Notes: generated from the sequence alone by a model not told the origin. Shown: positions 1 to 7,705, counted from the stretch's first letter. The stretch is 10,296 nucleotides of DNA from an uncultured Muribaculaceae bacterium (GCA_964431705.1 CAYSJY010000042.1:1-10296), one strand, 5' to 3'. Numbers and translations are program-made.

Positions 1-5
1 TTAAT

Positions 6-43
6 AAAAAAAGACAAATAAGTACTTTTTATACCTATTTGTC
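6..43 (-). terminator. Putative rho-independent terminator downstream of the Fur-family gene
   Basis: Perfect 8-bp inverted repeat GACAAATA (13-20) / TATTTGTC (36-43) with a 15-nt loop. On the minus strand the hairpin is followed by a T7 run (complement of A-run 6-12). It lies 73 nt beyond the minus-strand stop at 117-119. The stem is AT-rich and the loop is large, so it is only moderately convincing. Confidence 0.45.
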
Positions 44-116
44 AACAGTCTGAAATAATATATTTATTATTGGTTATTAAGTTTTAATTATACTACAATC
101 GTTTTGCATTGTTTTT

Positions 117-482
117 TTATTTTTGTTTTTTCAAACAATCTTCGCATATTCCAATAAAATTAATTTCATAATCCGTAACTTTATTTTTGCCAATTTTACA
201 TATTAAATTTATATTATTTTTTACATCAATAATCTTATGGCATTTATCACAAATAAAATGATTATGTTTTTCATTTATATTGTCATAATGATCCCCATCA
301 TTTAATTTAATTTTTTTAATTTTTTTACTTTCTACTAAACTATTTAAAATTCTATAAACAGTTCCAAGGGATATATTTGGGATTGTTTTTTTTGCCTTTT
401 TATATATGTTATCAGCTCTTAAATGATCATGCGAGTTGTTTATTATACTTAATATTAGCTCTTTTTGTCTTGTGTTTCTCAT
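117..482 (-). CDS. Fur-family metalloregulator (Fur/Zur/PerR type; subfamily unresolved, its operator looks most Zur-like)
   Basis: 121-aa ORF with an N-terminal winged-helix segment (TRQKELILSII...LGTVYRILNSLVE). It has an HNHFICDKCHK motif and a C-terminal CEDC, giving the two CxxC pairs of the structural Zn site typical of Fur-family proteins. The ATG (rc of 480-482) is preceded by AAGGGGAG (rc of 486-493). Confidence 0.85.
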   Translation of the reverse strand: MRNTRQKELILSIINNSHDHLRADNIYKKAKKTIPNISLGTVYRILNSLVESKKIKKIKLNDGDHYDNINEKHNHFICDKCHKIIDVKNNINLICKIGKNKVTDYEINFIGICEDCLKKQK

Positions 483-491
483 AAGCTCCCC

Positions 492-514
492 TTAATAGTA
501 ATTATTACTATTAA
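492..514. promoter_or_regulatory. Perfect 11-1-11 palindrome, candidate Fur-family (Zur-like) operator
   Basis: TTAATAGTAAT-T-ATTACTATTAA, with every one of the 11 arm positions complementary. The 7-1-7 core TAGTAAT-T-ATTACTA (496-510) differs from the B. subtilis Zur box TCGTAAT-N-ATTACGA at one position per half-site. It differs from the Fur (TGATAAT) and PerR (TTATAAT) half-sites at two positions each. It sits between the predicted -10 element and the RBS of the Fur-family gene. Confidence 0.6.
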
Positions 515-515
515 T

Positions 516-543
516 ATTGTATCATATGTTTTTTTGAAATCAA
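516..543 (-). promoter_or_regulatory. Predicted sigma-A type promoter of the Fur-family gene (extended -10)
   Basis: The minus strand reads TTGATT (rc of 538-543), a 16-nt spacer, then TGaTACAAT (rc of 516-524). This places the transcription start inside the 492-514 palindrome. Sequence prediction only. Confidence 0.45.
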
Positions 544-561
544 GTTATAATTTATATTATT

Positions 562-570
562 TGTTATAAT
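562..570 (+). promoter_or_regulatory. Candidate extended -10 promoter element (TGtTATAAT) upstream of prfB
   Basis: Exact TGnTATAAT match with no good -35 at 17 +/- 1 nt. The same 9-mer TGTTATAAT recurs at 668-676, only 18 nt before the prfB ATG. TATAAT-like strings are common in DNA this AT-rich. Confidence 0.3.
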
Positions 571-693
571 TTTAACACAAAAATATTATATAATATTTAA
601 CTATAATAGTGGAAGTATATTATCATATATAATTGATTAAATTTTGATTTTAATAATATAAATATTGTGTTATAATTAATCATAGGTGATTAT

Positions 694-1792
694 ATGGAAA
701 TTACAAATAAAGATATAAGTGATTTGAAAGACAAACTTAATTTAGTCTGGAGGTTTCTTTGAAGTAGACGATAAAAATAATGAAATAGAAGAATTAAATA
801 ATAAACTAAAAGATATAAATATTTGGAATAATCCGTTATATGCCGAAAAAATAACTAAGGAACTTAATGATTTAAAAAACCAAGTTAATCCTATTAAAAA
901 AATCAAAGAAAATATTGAAGTATTAGACCAATTTGAGGAGTTCACAACTTCTTCCCTTACTGATGATATAAAGTTAGAGTTTGAAAATTTGTTTAATGAA
1001 ACAAGAAAACTTTTACAAAATCAAGAAACTTTAACATATCTAAATAAAAAGTATGATAAGGAACCCGCAATTTTTGAAATACATGCTGGAGCCGGAGGCA
1101 CTGAAAGTTGTGATTGGGTTGCAATGCTTTCTAGGATGTATGTTAGATATTTTGATAACAAAGGATATTCATATAAATTACTTTATAAACAGGAAGGAGA
1201 AGAAGCGGGATTTAAAAGTATTATATACCTAGTTAAAGGTAAATATGCTTATGGCTATTTAAAAAATGAAAAAGGTGTTCATCGGTTAGTGAGATTATCG
1301 CCTTTTGATTCAAGCAATAGAAGACATACGTCTTTTGCTGCCGTTGATGTTATACCTGAATTTGATAATAATATTGATGTTAATCTAAATGAAAAAGATT
1401 TAAAAATTGATGTTTATCGAAGTACAGGTGCCGGAGGACAAGGAGTAAACACAACGGATAGTGCTGTTAGGATAACACATTTACCAACGGGTATTGTAGT
1501 TACGTGTCAAAATGAAAGAAGTCAGATAAAAAACAAAGAACTTGCTTTAAAAGTATTAAAAAGTAAGCTTTATCAAATTGAATTAAAAAAAAGACAAGAC
1601 ACTGTTGATGATATGAAAAAAGATCATAGCGAAATAGAATTTGGATCACAAATAAGAAGTTATGTTCTTCATCCTTATTCAATGGTAAAAGATCATCGAA
1701 CTGGTTATTCAACTTCAAATGTAAATAAGGTTTTAAATGGCGATTTAGATGGTTTTATTCAAAGTAATTTAAAAGGAGAAAAAGTAAAATGA
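694..1792 (+). CDS. prfB: Peptide chain release factor 2, translated with a programmed +1 frameshift: join(694..759,761..1792), 365 aa
   Basis: ATG 694 is preceded by AGGTGA (685-690). It opens a 22-codon frame (MEITNKDISDLKDKLNLVWRFL) ending at in-frame TGA 760-762. The +1 frame is open from 746 and runs into the tracked ORF 989..1792. The joined product carries the RF2 hallmarks SPF (RLSPFDSS), GGQ (GAGGQGVNTT) and HAGAGGTES, plus an N-terminal INIWNNP...AEKITKEL segment resembling the FWDD...A region of Bacillus RF2. Confidence 0.95.
749..762 (+). promoter_or_regulatory. prfB: prfB autoregulatory +1 frameshift site (internal SD + CUU UGA)
   Basis: GGAGG (749-753), spacer TTT (754-756), CTT (757-759), TGA (760-762). 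The 3-nt spacing between the SD and the slippery codon is the same as in the classical E. coli site AGGGGG-UAU-CUU-UGA-C. Here the base after the stop is A rather than C. Confidence 0.9.
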
Positions 1793-2694
1793 GACTATTT
1801 AGAAAGTTAAAAGCAAAAAAAGCAAAGAAAGTTTTAAAAAAAGTTGAACGTGCTAATTTAGTTAAGAGATATGTATTTTTATTAATTGGTGTTACCATTT
1901 ATGCTGTGTCATATAATTTGTTTTTTTATAAAAATAATATAGTATATGGAGGCGCAAGTGGAATTTCAATTATTACTCAAAATGTGATTGATCCATCAAA
2001 AATGATTTTTATATTAAACGTGTTTTTAATCGCTTTAAGCTTTATTTTTCTTGGAAAGAAAAAGACTTTAGGCTCTATTGTTGGATCTTTGCTTTATCCT
2101 TTAATGGTAAAACTAACTTCTAACGTAGGAAATTACGTTACGATAGAAAATGATAATTTGCTTTTAATCGCTATAATCGGTGGTGTTTGCATTGGAACAG
2201 CTGCAGGAATAGTATTTAAAAGTGGTTTTACAACTGGAGGGACTGATATATTAAATCAAATAGTAGCTAAATATTTTAAAGTATCAATTGGAACATCTAT
2301 GTTAATGACGGATGGTTTGGTTGTTTTAGCAGGAGGTTTTTTCTTTGGTTGGACAAGAGTTTTATATGCAATAATTGTTTTATACATAATAAATGTTATG
2401 GTTGATAAGGTTGTTCTTGGTATTTCAAATAGTAAAGCAGTATATATTACAACGAGTGAGGATGATTTGATTTGTAGTTACCTTTTAAATGAACTAAAAT
2501 TAGGTGTTACTTTAATAGAAACAAGAGGTGGATACACCAATAAAAAAGATCAAATAATATTATGTGTTGTGCCAACTAATGAATACTTTAAAGTAAGAGA
2601 AGGTGTTCAACAAATTGATAAAAACGCCGTTGTTTTGGTTACTGATGCATATCAAACTCAAGGGACGTATCAAGGTAACACAAGCATTATTTAG
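1789..2694 (+). CDS. YitT-family integral membrane protein (YitT/DUF161 membrane domain plus C-terminal DUF2179-like domain)
   Basis: 301 aa with a basic N-terminus, several hydrophobic helices and GGASGISII / GFTTGGTDIL motifs typical of YitT/YvjA-type proteins. The C-terminal soluble domain is (LGVTLIETRGGYT...ILCVVPTNEYFKVREGVQQIDKNAVVLVTDAYQTQG). GGAGA (1775-1779) lies 9 nt upstream, and the ATG overlaps the prfB stop (ATGA, 1789-1792). Confidence 0.8.
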   Translation: MRLFRKLKAKKAKKVLKKVERANLVKRYVFLLIGVTIYAVSYNLFFYKNNIVYGGASGISIITQNVIDPSKMIFILNVFLIALSFIFLGKKKTLGSIVGSLLYPLMVKLTSNVGNYVTIENDNLLLIAIIGGVCIGTAAGIVFKSGFTTGGTDILNQIVAKYFKVSIGTSMLMTDGLVVLAGGFFFGWTRVLYAIIVLYIINVMVDKVVLGISNSKAVYITTSEDDLICSYLLNELKLGVTLIETRGGYTNKKDQIILCVVPTNEYFKVREGVQQIDKNAVVLVTDAYQTQGTYQGNTSII

Positions 2695-2719
2695 TAATAG
2701 AAGTAGGAAGGTGAAGTGA

Positions 2720-3418
2720 ATGGAATTTATTAAGTTTAGAGGTGTTGAAAAAACATATAAAAACGGAGTAAATGCGATATATGATTTAAATTTAGACATT
2801 AAAAAAGGTGAATTTGTTTTTATAACTGGTGCTTCAGGATCAGGAAAGTCCACTCTTATAAAAATGCTTTACCGAGAAGAAAAACCAACTCATGGAGAGA
2901 TTTATGTCGGTGGAGTAAACGTTGCTAAAGTTAAGAACAGTAAAGTTTATAAATTAAGAAGAAAAATAGGAATTGTGTTTCAAGATTTCAAATTACTTCC
3001 AAAACTTACCGTTTATGAAAACGTAGCATTTGCCCTTGAAATTTATGGATTACCAACACCTGAGGTAAAAAGAAAGGTTTTAAAAGCTCTTGATCTTGTT
3101 GGCTTAAAATCAAAAACAAAAAGTTATCCGGATCAGTTATCCGGTGGAGAACAACAAAGAGTTGCAATTGCAAGGGCAATAGTTAATTCTCCAAAGCTTC
3201 TTATTTGTGATGAACCAACTGGTAATTTGGATCCAGACACAAGTTTAGAAGTTATGAAGGTAATTGAAAAAATTAATAATTTAGGAACAACCGTTGTAAT
3301 GGTAACTCATGATAAAGAAATGGTAAATAAAATGAAAAAAAGAGTTATATTACTTGATAACGGCAAGCTTATAAAAGACTATGAGAAAGGAAGTTATATA
3401 GATCATGAAGGCGCTTAG
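2720..3418 (+). CDS. ftsE: Cell-division ABC transporter ATP-binding protein FtsE
   Basis: 232 aa with Walker A GASGSGKST, Q-loop VFQDF, signature LSGGEQQRVAIARA, Walker B LLICDEPTGNLD and H-loop VTHD. It is immediately followed by, and overlaps, an FtsX-type permease gene. RBS AGGAAGGTGA precedes the ATG. Confidence 0.9.
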   Translation: MEFIKFRGVEKTYKNGVNAIYDLNLDIKKGEFVFITGASGSGKSTLIKMLYREEKPTHGEIYVGGVNVAKVKNSKVYKLRRKIGIVFQDFKLLPKLTVYENVAFALEIYGLPTPEVKRKVLKALDLVGLKSKTKSYPDQLSGGEQQRVAIARAIVNSPKLLICDEPTGNLDPDTSLEVMKVIEKINNLGTTVVMVTHDKEMVNKMKKRVILLDNGKLIKDYEKGSYIDHEGA

Positions 3419-4304
3419 AATTCTTACAAGAAACATAAGAGATGGTTTTAAAAGTGTTGGTAGAAACTTAAGTTTATCTATTGCTTCTATATCATGTATT
3501 ACTATTACACTTTTAATTGTTGCTGTTGCAATTATTGTATCTTATAATGTTGAAAACATAACTAAATTAATAAAAGAAGATTTTACCATAGTAACTTTTA
3601 TTGATACTTCTGCAACTGAGGAGCAATTAAATACCATAAAAGAAAACATAGAGACATTTAGTAATGTTGATTCTGTTGAAATTGAAACTAAAACACAAGT
3701 AGCAGATGAAATGAGAGATACATCTGATGAGTTGGCGGCAATAATAGATACTTGGTCAGAGGAAAGCAATCCTTTGTATGATACTTTATTAGTAAAGGTA
3801 AAGGATACTGAAAAAATTTCAGCAACAGCTGAACAAATTCAAGAATTAGATTTGGTAACTCAAGTTAAATATGGCCAAGGCATGGTAGAGGATTTGATGA
3901 GTGTGTTTAGCGTGATTGAAAAATTAATGATAGTTGCAATGATTGCGCTTGTATTCGTAACTTTATTCTTGATAAGTAATACAATAAAAATAACCATTTT
4001 CTCAAGAAAAAAGGAAATTGAAATAATGAGACTTGTTGGTGCTTCTAATTTTTCGATTAAACAACCATTTGTAATAGAAGGTTTCTGTTTAGGATTTATT
4101 GGTTCAATAATTCCTATAGCAGTTACCCTATATGGATATTCGGCTTTATACAAACATTTCGGTGGACAATTATTTTCTCCATTTGTACAATTAGTTAAAG
4201 CAGAACCTTTTATTTACATAGTATCATTAATATTATTAGCGTTAGGAGTTGTTGTTGGTATGTTAGGAAGTTATAGAGCAGTAAGGAAGTATTTGAAAAT
4301 ATGA
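3405..4304 (+). CDS. ftsX: Cell-division permease-like protein FtsX
   Basis: 299 aa with the expected topology: TM1 (LSIASISCITITLLIVAVAIIV), an extracellular domain of about 110 aa, then three C-terminal TM helices. The conserved FtsX segment EIEIMRLVGASNFSIKQPFVIEG is present. It overlaps ftsE by 14 nt. Confidence 0.88.
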   Translation: MKALRILTRNIRDGFKSVGRNLSLSIASISCITITLLIVAVAIIVSYNVENITKLIKEDFTIVTFIDTSATEEQLNTIKENIETFSNVDSVEIETKTQVADEMRDTSDELAAIIDTWSEESNPLYDTLLVKVKDTEKISATAEQIQELDLVTQVKYGQGMVEDLMSVFSVIEKLMIVAMIALVFVTLFLISNTIKITIFSRKKEIEIMRLVGASNFSIKQPFVIEGFCLGFIGSIIPIAVTLYGYSALYKHFGGQLFSPFVQLVKAEPFIYIVSLILLALGVVVGMLGSYRAVRKYLKI

Positions 4305-5521
4305 TAAAAAGAAAATTAGTAACATTCTTATTTATAATATTATTATTCGTACCATTAATTTCAATACCAACAATAAAAGTAAGTGCAAAAGAAAAAACGC
4401 TAGCAGAATGGAAAAGTGAACTTGAAGAAGTTGAAAAAGAATTAGAAGAAACAAATGCACAAATAGAACAAAACCAAGAAGAAATAAATGCAACTCAAGA
4501 AAAAATAAACGAAACTTATGCACAATTAGAAAAAATAAATGAACAAATAGAAGCTAAAACTGCCGAAAGTGAAGAACTAGAAAAAAAGATAGAAGAAAAA
4601 AATGAAGAAACAGAAAACCTAATGAGATATTATCAAATTTCATCATCTGGTTCCGCATTGCTTGAATACATAATGGGAGCCGAAAGTATTACTGATTTAA
4701 TCTATAGACTATCAATAACTGAGCAAATATCTTCATACAATGAAGACATTATTGACGAGATGAACAGTATGATAAAAGAAAATGAACAAATAAAAGAGGA
4801 ATTAGAGGCTAGCAAAGTTGAGCAAGAGGAACTTCAAAAAGAATTAAATGATCAAATAGCTAAATTAAACGAAACAAAAGAAGATTTAGATGAAGAAGGT
4901 CATTCTCTAGAAGAATCTATAGAACAAATGAAAGAAACAATAGAATACTTAGAGGATTTAGGTTGTAAAGAAAGTGAAACACAAACAGTATGTTTAAATA
5001 GATTATATAGTAGTAATAGTAGCAGTGGTAGTTATTTACCTTCTGGAACAACCTTTTATAGACCAACTACTAGTGGTACAATATCTAGTGAATATGGTTG
5101 GAGAACGTTATATGGAAGTGCTAACATGCACGCTGCAATAGACATATCAACTCCAAATGGAACAACTGTTTATTCAGTTGCAACTGGATATGTTGCAAAA
5201 ACAATATGGAGTAGTACCGGTGGTGGAAATCAAATAATTATACACCATTTGATAAACGGACAATATTATACTTCTTACTATTGTCACTTATCATCGATTA
5301 ATGTTTCTGTTGGTGATATAGTTACTAAAGATTCTATAATAGGATACTCTGGTAGTACTGGAAATGTAACAGGACCACATTTACATTTAGGAATGGCAAC
5401 CGGTAGATGGTATACAGATTACTATTCTTACTATGGAAGCAGTGGATTTGTAGGACATTCATTTGACCCTAGAGAGGTAATAACATTCCCGTCATTAGGA
5501 TATAGTTATTCAAACAGATAA
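4301..5521 (+). CDS. Secreted coiled-coil M23 (LytM-type) peptidoglycan metalloendopeptidase, likely FtsEX partner (EnvC/PcsB-analogous architecture)
   Basis: 406 aa. The signal peptide is MIKRKLVTFLFIILLFVPLISIPTIKVSA|KE. About 200 aa of E/K/Q-rich heptad-like sequence follow, then a Ser-rich linker (SSNSSSGS). The C-terminal M23 domain has an intact HxxxD (HAAID), YYCHL and HxH (GPHLHLG). The start overlaps the ftsX stop (ATGA 4301-4304). Confidence 0.85.
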   Translation: MIKRKLVTFLFIILLFVPLISIPTIKVSAKEKTLAEWKSELEEVEKELEETNAQIEQNQEEINATQEKINETYAQLEKINEQIEAKTAESEELEKKIEEKNEETENLMRYYQISSSGSALLEYIMGAESITDLIYRLSITEQISSYNEDIIDEMNSMIKENEQIKEELEASKVEQEELQKELNDQIAKLNETKEDLDEEGHSLEESIEQMKETIEYLEDLGCKESETQTVCLNRLYSSNSSSGSYLPSGTTFYRPTTSGTISSEYGWRTLYGSANMHAAIDISTPNGTTVYSVATGYVAKTIWSSTGGGNQIIIHHLINGQYYTSYYCHLSSINVSVGDIVTKDSIIGYSGSTGNVTGPHLHLGMATGRWYTDYYSYYGSSGFVGHSFDPREVITFPSLGYSYSNR

Positions 5522-5535
5522 AAAACTAGCGTATC

Positions 5536-5568
5536 AAAAGAGTATTAAAAAAAATCAATACTCTTTTT
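5536..5568 (+). terminator. Putative rho-independent terminator after the M23 peptidase gene
   Basis: Perfect 11-bp inverted repeat AAAAGAGTATT (5536-5546) / AATACTCTTTT (5557-5567) with a 10-nt loop. The 3' arm ends in a T5 run (5564-5568) and the 5' arm starts with an A-run, so it could act in both directions. The stem has only 2 G:C pairs. Confidence 0.5.
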
Positions 5569-5735
5569 ACGTGCTGTATAATTTTTTTTACTTTTTTACA
5601 CTAATTTTATATAAATTTAAAAAAGTAATAATTATTATAAAAAATTTAATTATACTATGAATATACTTGGAATTACTTTCTTGTTTTCTTTTATATTTAA
5701 TGATAGAATAAAAATATTAATTGGAGATGATTATC

Positions 5736-7688
5736 ATGTTTGATTTAGTATCTAAATTCCATCCTAGCGGAGATCAGCCTGAGGCAATAAAAGAGCTTTC
5801 TGACAGAATAAAAGATGGCAAGAAATACCAGGTTTTACTAGGGGCAACAGGTACTGGTAAAACATTTACGATAGCAAACGTAATTAAAGAAGTAAACAAG
5901 CCAACGCTAGTTTTAGCACACAACAAAACCTTAGCAGGTCAGTTGTACTCAGAGTTAAAGGAAATCTTTCCAAACAATCACGTTTGCTACTTTGTTTCAT
6001 ATTATGATTACTATCAGCCAGAAGCATACGTTCCATCAACTGATACTTATATAGAAAAAGACTCATCAATTAATGATGAAATAGATGAGTTAAGACATTA
6101 TGCAACATCTTCATTAATTAATTATAAAGACGTAATAGTTGTTGCATCAGTATCTTGTATATATGGTATAGGAGATAAAGAAGAATATGAAAATCATATG
6201 CTTACTTTAAAAGTAGGAGAAGAAATAAATAGAAATGAAATACTTAAAAAACTTGTTGATATGCTATATGAAAGAAATAATATTGATTTAGTAAGAGGAA
6301 CGTTTAGAGTCAAAGGAGACGTTATAGAAGTTATTCCATCATATGAAAAGAGTCATGGAATTAGAATAGAACTATTCGGTGATGAAATAGATAGAATTTG
6401 TGAATTTGATGTATTAACAGGAGTTGTTGTAGCGGAAAAGGAGCTCGTTTCAATTATGCCGGCATCACATTTCGTAACGAGTGACGATAAGTTAAAAAAA
6501 GCAATTATTAATATTAAAGCAGAATTAGAAGATAGATTAAAGTATTTTAAGGATAATGGTAAGTTATTAGAGGCTGAACGCCTGGAACAGAGGTGTAAGT
6601 ATGATATAGAAATGCTAGAAGAAACAGGTTTTTGCTCTGGAGTTGAAAACTATTCAAGACACCTAGCATTAAAAAAAGAAGGAGCAACCCCAACTTGTCT
6701 TATAGACTTTTTTCCAAAAGATTTTTTACTAGTTGTAGATGAATCTCACGTAACCTTACCTCAAGTTAAAGCTATGTATAATGGTGATAGAAACAGAAAA
6801 CAAATGCTTGTTGACTATGGATTTCGATTACCATCCGCACTTGATAACAGACCACTTAAATATGATGAGTTTGAGAAAAAAATAAATCAAGTAATATATG
6901 TATCTGCAACACCCGGGGACGAAGAATTGGAAAAAGTTAATAACCATGTAGTAGAACAAATAATAAGACCTACTGGTTTATTAGATCCCTTAATAGAAGT
7001 TAGAAAATCAAGTAATCAAGTTGATGATTTAATTGAAGAAATTCAAAAACAAATTGAAAAAGGTGATAGAACTTTAGTTACAACTTTAACCATTAGAATG
7101 GCAGAAGAACTTACTTCATATTTAAAGAACTTAAATATAAAAGTAGCATATCTTCATAGTGAGGTAAAAACACTTGAAAGACTTAAAATAATACATGATT
7201 TAAGAGTAGGTAAGTATGATGTTTTAGTAGGTATAAATCTTTTAAGGGAAGGTTTGGATATACCTGAGGTTAGTTTAGTTGCTATATTAGACGCTGATAA
7301 GCAAGGTTTTTTAAGAAGTCATAGAAGTCTTATCCAAACAATTGGAAGATGTGCAAGAAACGCTGATGGTCGTGTTATAATGTATGGTGATATTATAAGT
7401 GAAGCAATGAAAGAAGCGATTGATGAAACCTCAAGGCGTCGTACAATTCAAATTAAATATAATCAAGAACATGGTATAACACCTAAGACCATAAATAAAA
7501 AAATAATGGATGTTGTAAGCGTTAACACAAGTGATAAGAAATCTAAAAAACATAGAACTAAAGATGAGATTCATAACGATAAACTACTAAAACAATTAGA
7601 AGAGGAAATGAAAAAGGCTGCTGCTGAGTTGGACTTCGAGCGAGCTATGGAACTTCGTGATATCATTTTCGAAATGAAGGTAAATTAA
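5736..7688 (+). CDS. uvrB: Excinuclease ABC subunit B (UvrB)
   Basis: N-terminus [17 protein letters not shown], Walker A GATGTGKT and DESH box (VVDESHVT). Helicase motifs VSATPG and [26 protein letters not shown]...QTIGRCARN are present, as is the C-terminal UVR domain ([18 protein letters not shown]). I place the start at ATG 5736 (GGAGA 5723-5727, 8-nt spacing) rather than the tracked TTG 5721, because orthologues begin close to the F-x-L-x-S motif. Confidence 0.95.
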   Translation: MFDLVSKFHPSGDQPEAIKELSDRIKDGKKYQVLLGATGTGKTFTIANVIKEVNKPTLVLAHNKTLAGQLYSELKEIFPNNHVCYFVSYYDYYQPEAYVPSTDTYIEKDSSINDEIDELRHYATSSLINYKDVIVVASVSCIYGIGDKEEYENHMLTLKVGEEINRNEILKKLVDMLYERNNIDLVRGTFRVKGDVIEVIPSYEKSHGIRIELFGDEIDRICEFDVLTGVVVAEKELVSIMPASHFVTSDDKLKKAIINIKAELEDRLKYFKDNGKLLEAERLEQRCKYDIEMLEETGFCSGVENYSRHLALKKEGATPTCLIDFFPKDFLLVVDESHVTLPQVKAMYNGDRNRKQMLVDYGFRLPSALDNRPLKYDEFEKKINQVIYVSATPGDEELEKVNNHVVEQIIRPTGLLDPLIEVRKSSNQVDDLIEEIQKQIEKGDRTLVTTLTIRMAEELTSYLKNLNIKVAYLHSEVKTLERLKIIHDLRVGKYDVLVGINLLREGLDIPEVSLVAILDADKQGFLRSHRSLIQTIGRCARNADGRVIMYGDIISEAMKEAIDETSRRRTIQIKYNQEHGITPKTINKKIMDVVSVNTSDKKSKKHRTKDEIHNDKLLKQLEEEMKKAAAELDFERAMELRDIIFEMKVN

Positions 7689-7705
7689 AAAAGGAGAAAT
7701 ATAAA

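Noticed and set aside
742-945. 67-aa minus-strand ORF from the track (MNSSNWSNTSIFSLIFLIG...)
   Set aside because: It lies entirely antisense to the frameshifted N-terminal part of prfB. It has low-complexity S/L/F composition typical of the shadow of an E/K/N-rich frame, and no RBS.
989-991. TTG given as the start of the RF2 ORF
   Set aside because: This is an artefact of the ORF caller. The frame is open back to 746, and the RF2 N-terminal domain is encoded upstream through the +1 frameshift from ATG 694.
4400-4950. Repetitive GAA/AAA-rich DNA that looks like a tandem repeat
   Set aside because: No exact DNA repeat unit is present. The periodicity reflects E/K/Q/N-rich heptad coiled-coil coding sequence in the M23 protein.
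5659-5672. GAATATACTTGG as a possible degenerate LexA/Cheo box upstream of uvrB
   Set aside because: It lacks both the GAAC and the GTTC half-sites and is not palindromic. It cannot be distinguished from background AT-rich sequence.
5721-5735. TTG 5721 as the uvrB start (MEMIIMFDL...)
   Set aside because: The GGAGA at 5723-5727 would lie inside such an ORF and is correctly spaced (8 nt) for ATG 5736. UvrB orthologues begin a few residues before the F/L-x-L-x-S-x-[FY]-x-P-x-GDQP motif.
5657-5743. 28-codon upstream ORF overlapping the uvrB start ([28 protein letters not shown])
   Set aside because: No Shine-Dalgarno precedes its ATG (AAAAATTTAATTATACT), and ORFs of this size arise by chance. 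It is mentioned within the uvrB leader finding but not called as a gene.
1500-6069. Minus-strand track ORFs 1500-1718, 2560-2853, 3542-3769, 3860-4153, 4332-4523 and 5884-6069
   Set aside because: Each is fully embedded antisense within a strongly supported plus-strand gene (prfB, YitT/ftsE, ftsX, M23, uvrB). Their products are low-complexity L/F/S/I-rich with no recognisable motifs and no RBS, so they are shadow ORFs of AT-rich coding DNA.
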